A stretch of DNA of 11,096 bases from Azolla caroliniana (taxonomy: Eukaryota > Plantae > Polypodiophyta), in assembly GCA_043228905.1 (NCBI GenBank), contig JBHGNT010001191.1, positions 1-11,096 of the forward strand, given 5' to 3'. Each line of letters begins with the position of its first letter. Positions within the stretch are counted from its first letter, which is position 1. The notes beneath the pieces were generated by a model. That model did no database searches. It was given only the letters and a program-made list of their open reading frames with translations, and was not told the DNA's origin. Of this stretch, positions 9,601 to 11,096 are shown one piece after another. The position numbers were made by a program, and so were the translations under genes.

Positions 9601-11034
9601 TGATGGACACGAGGAAACAATCGAGAGGGATTGTTTTTTTACACATTGAATAAAATGCGTACAATCGTTCAGTACAAAAGAAATGGAATGACGAACCCAA
9701 TCAATCAATAAAGAAGAGTTTTTATTATAAAACCAGGGATAACCCAGTATTACATCGGTGGTACAAAGATTCATTACATGGAAGTCTACTTCCTCTATAT
9801 AAGTATCAATAGAAATTCCTAATGAATGAATCGCCCCGTTGATGTATTGTACTCTTCCATCAGCCAAGTGCACCGTGTAGGTGTGATCACTTACGGTGGG
9901 TTGGATTCCCCATATCTGAACCAAACGATCATTCACAAAATTGTGTGAGCTTCCCGAATCAAATAAAAATTGTACGGGAGATCCATTGATATACCCGTTT
10001 GCACGTAGTAAATCATTGGGACCCAATACATAGTGAGGGAAAGAACATTGACAATTACTTAAATGATGTGTATAGACCTGAAGGACATTAGGAATCTGAC
10101 CTTTATGGTCTGCAGCTTTAGCTTTGTTGTCGTGCTCTTTCCGTTGGAGCTTTCGACATTGATCTTTTGTATGACCCTTCTTTTTGCAGAATACACAAAA
10201 AGGATGTTGTCGCTTACAATCGCGATCCAGGAATTCGTTGGGTGTCTTGCGTTTCCCAACAAATTGCAACTGCTTAGTCCCGGGCGCTTCGTTGGGTTTG
10301 TTATGGTCCTTCTTCGAAGTGCGTTGATAGCGAAGAACTATTTCAACGGCCTCTTCGAAGGATTTTGGATCCTTATCGTGCACTATCCAGTGATAGTCCG
10401 AATTGGGGATGCCATTGACAAAACAAGCTATCAACCAATTGTCCCCTTCTAGACCCGATTTTTGGATTTGGGTTCTAGCATGGTGAACATAGTCCTCTAG
10501 CGAGGAAAATTTCCTGCTAGAGAGGTTCATTAAAGCTTGTGCTGCCTCGGTTCGAGAGGGAGGTTGCAGAAATTGGCCCTTAAAAACCGTGACAAAATCT
10601 GTCCAGGTATCGGGCAATTTCCCCATAGTACGGAGCCCACGCCACCAGGCGGCGGCCTTACCCCCGAGTTCTCGGCCGACATATGCAATCTTCGTACTAT
10701 CTGGCGTGGGATAGAGCTCAAAATGAGACTCCCATCGTCCCAGCCATGTGCAGATTGCTTCTTCGGTTCTTTCCTTTTTGTCTCCCGTAAATGGCTTAAC
10801 GACAAATGATGGTTCACCTTGTCGCTCATCAGGTCTATTAGTCTCACGTTGTAGACTAATGACACGTGCCTCAAGAGCACTCTGAGATTGCCAAAGTTCG
10901 GTCATCTGTTGAGCGGTGAAACTAAGGAATTGGGTTATTTGTGCCAAATACATCTCAGTGGACATTTGTCCAGGAGGATTCCCTTGAGTTCCTTCCGCTT
11001 GAGCGGATGACATCGGGTCGTTAATTTGAGCCAT
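6601..11034 (-). CDS. gag-pol: Gag-Pol polyprotein (1477 aa, single uninterrupted frame)
   Basis: Gag 'L.GKAAAWW...W..F...F..QF'; CCHC knuckle [14 protein letters not shown] (10156-10197); protease [10 protein letters not shown] (D at 9958-9960); [12 protein letters not shown] (D 9106-9108), MPFGLTNAP and FLDD (8911-8922); RNase H ETDAS (D 8458-8460) to ADALSR; integrase HHCC (7768-7890) and D-D(35)E (7678, 7495, 7387); GPF (6967-6975); chromodomain PERILD..KW..ATWE (~6655-6795). Confidence 0.97.
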   Translation of the reverse strand: MAQINDPMSSAQAEGTQGNPPGQMSTEMYLAQITQFLSFTAQQMTELWQSQSALEARVISLQRETNRPDERQGEPSFVVKPFTGDKKERTEEAICTWLGRWESHFELYPTPDSTKIAYVGRELGGKAAAWWRGLRTMGKLPDTWTDFVTVFKGQFLQPPSRTEAAQALMNLSSRKFSSLEDYVHHARTQIQKSGLEGDNWLIACFVNGIPNSDYHWIVHDKDPKSFEEAVEIVLRYQRTSKKDHNKPNEAPGTKQLQFVGKRKTPNEFLDRDCKRQHPFCVFCKKKGHTKDQCRKLQRKEHDNKAKAADHKGQIPNVLQVYTHHLSNCQCSFPHYVLGPNDLLRANGYINGSPVQFLFDSGSSHNFVNDRLVQIWGIQPTVSDHTYTVHLADGRVQYINGAIHSLGISIDTYIEEVDFHVMNLCTTDVILGYPWFYNKNSSLLIDWVRHSISFVLNDCTHFIQCVKKQSLSIVSSCPSISELSCSTLFYCVLDPDIHVYNIDNVPIQLTYFEQQQLDEILNDFHDVFPSELPDGLPPKRNIDHRIDIVPGVAPISIPPYRLSRSEEDEVSKQLKDYLRMGYIRYSKSPWGAPVLLVKKKEGTWRMCINYRRLNKVTIKNSYPLPRADDLIDRLQGARYFTKLDLRTGYHQIRISEDDVPKTAFRTRYGHYEFLVMPFGLTNAPATFQQEMNDIFREQLGKFVVIFLDDILVYSRTLQEHARHVRFVLQTLRDKQFYAKISKCEFFKKSITYLGHLITERGVEIDPSRIEKIKLWPTLRNIREVRSFLGFVGFLRKSLRNYSQLTTPFTDLLKGQTRKSTKPIVWNGTLDLAFKELKDLVCKAPSLLLPDPSKPFEVETDASAYAIGAVLYQDGKPIAFESKKLDSAQCRYTVQEKELFAVIHALKTWRHYLYGNHFVVTTDHESLKYFCDQQDLKGRKARWADLIQDFDFSIRYRKGSMNIVADALSRIREVNTLSFTEISSDLYDHLRGKYLDDSYFAKYWTRVESGTDTTTSSKEYFHIANGLLYRNGKVCVPDLPEVKKRILFECHDAPSAGHPGIHRTLVLISTQFYWPKMRPDIHSYVTKCHQCQVNKAERLKAAGLLHPLDIPNNKWESISMDFIVSLPRTQKGHDAIWVVVDRLTKMARFIATKTTVTAPELAYQFVDELFRFYGLPMDIVSDRDPKFTSDFWTQVFKKLETTLSMSSTDHPQSDGQTERVNQIIEDMLRAYVGAKPTKWERYLPILEFAYNSSKHTSTGYSPFMLMYGFQPRAPIDVTIHHDELRSTQNFLRDMQDMLHIARDNIKTAQDRARFYADHHRQPRVFNPGQKVFLRVPHNSKTLSTGKCAKLAPRFCGPFTVLKRIGSSAYRLALPDGVGIHPVFHVSRLKELLGSGDNTVTTETLVTSEELSSKPHVPERILDVKTKKLRTKEIREFKIKWMDKSIKDATWERENTLRTNFPNFPLQECNVLKRGSMLRA
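6617..6628 (-). other. Polypurine tract (PPT)
   Basis: Minus strand AAAGAGGGGGAG, followed by TA and then the TG of the LTR. Confidence 0.9.
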
Positions 11035-11096
11035 TAAAGATTATTTCTGGAAAAGAAATAGGATAAGGTCAGAGATATAGTCATAACATCATGTCG

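Larger units (their letters stand above)
6181..11096 (-). mobile_element. Ty3/gypsy LTR retrotransposon, chromovirus branch (Tekay/Reina-like); 5' end runs off the window
   Basis: Domain order Gag-PR-RT-RH-IN-chromodomain, a PPT, and a TG...CA-bounded LTR directly after the ORF. The 5' LTR and PBS are not within the window. Clade assignment is by eye from RT and chromodomain motifs. Confidence 0.96.

Noticed and set aside
6635-10880. Short ORFs overlapping or antisense to gag-pol; env-like gene
   Set aside because: Shadow frames with no recognisable motifs, and there is no space for env between integrase and the LTR.
11035-11096. Primer-binding site
   Set aside because: No TGG-initiated tRNA-complementary sequence or LTR end is visible here; it presumably lies beyond the window.

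Overview
Eukaryotic, most likely land-plant, repeat-rich DNA with no recognisable host gene. Three retroelements of different apparent age are present. (1) A young Ty3/gypsy chromovirus (Tekay/Reina-like) lies on the minus strand, with one intact 1477-aa Gag-PR-RT-RH-IN-chromodomain ORF (6601-11034), a PPT and a 434-bp 3' LTR (6181-6614); its 5' LTR and PBS are outside the window. (2) It is inserted into the ORF1 of a decayed plant L1-type LINE on the + strand (~4896-6180), which is preceded by a GC-rich, stem-rich block (~3700-4065) and a T-rich block containing a compound minisatellite (33-bp unit + (CT)n, 5 copies). (3) A heavily eroded Ty3/gypsy RT-RNaseH-integrase fossil lies on the minus strand (~50-1500). 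The most interesting unexplained signals are splice-site-like motifs in the leaders of both younger elements. In the chromovirus, an LTR-encoded donor plus an acceptor 12 nt before the gag ATG would give a PBS-less mRNA. Upstream of the LINE ORF1 there is a candidate 734-nt leader intron. Both are sequence-based predictions that need RNA data.
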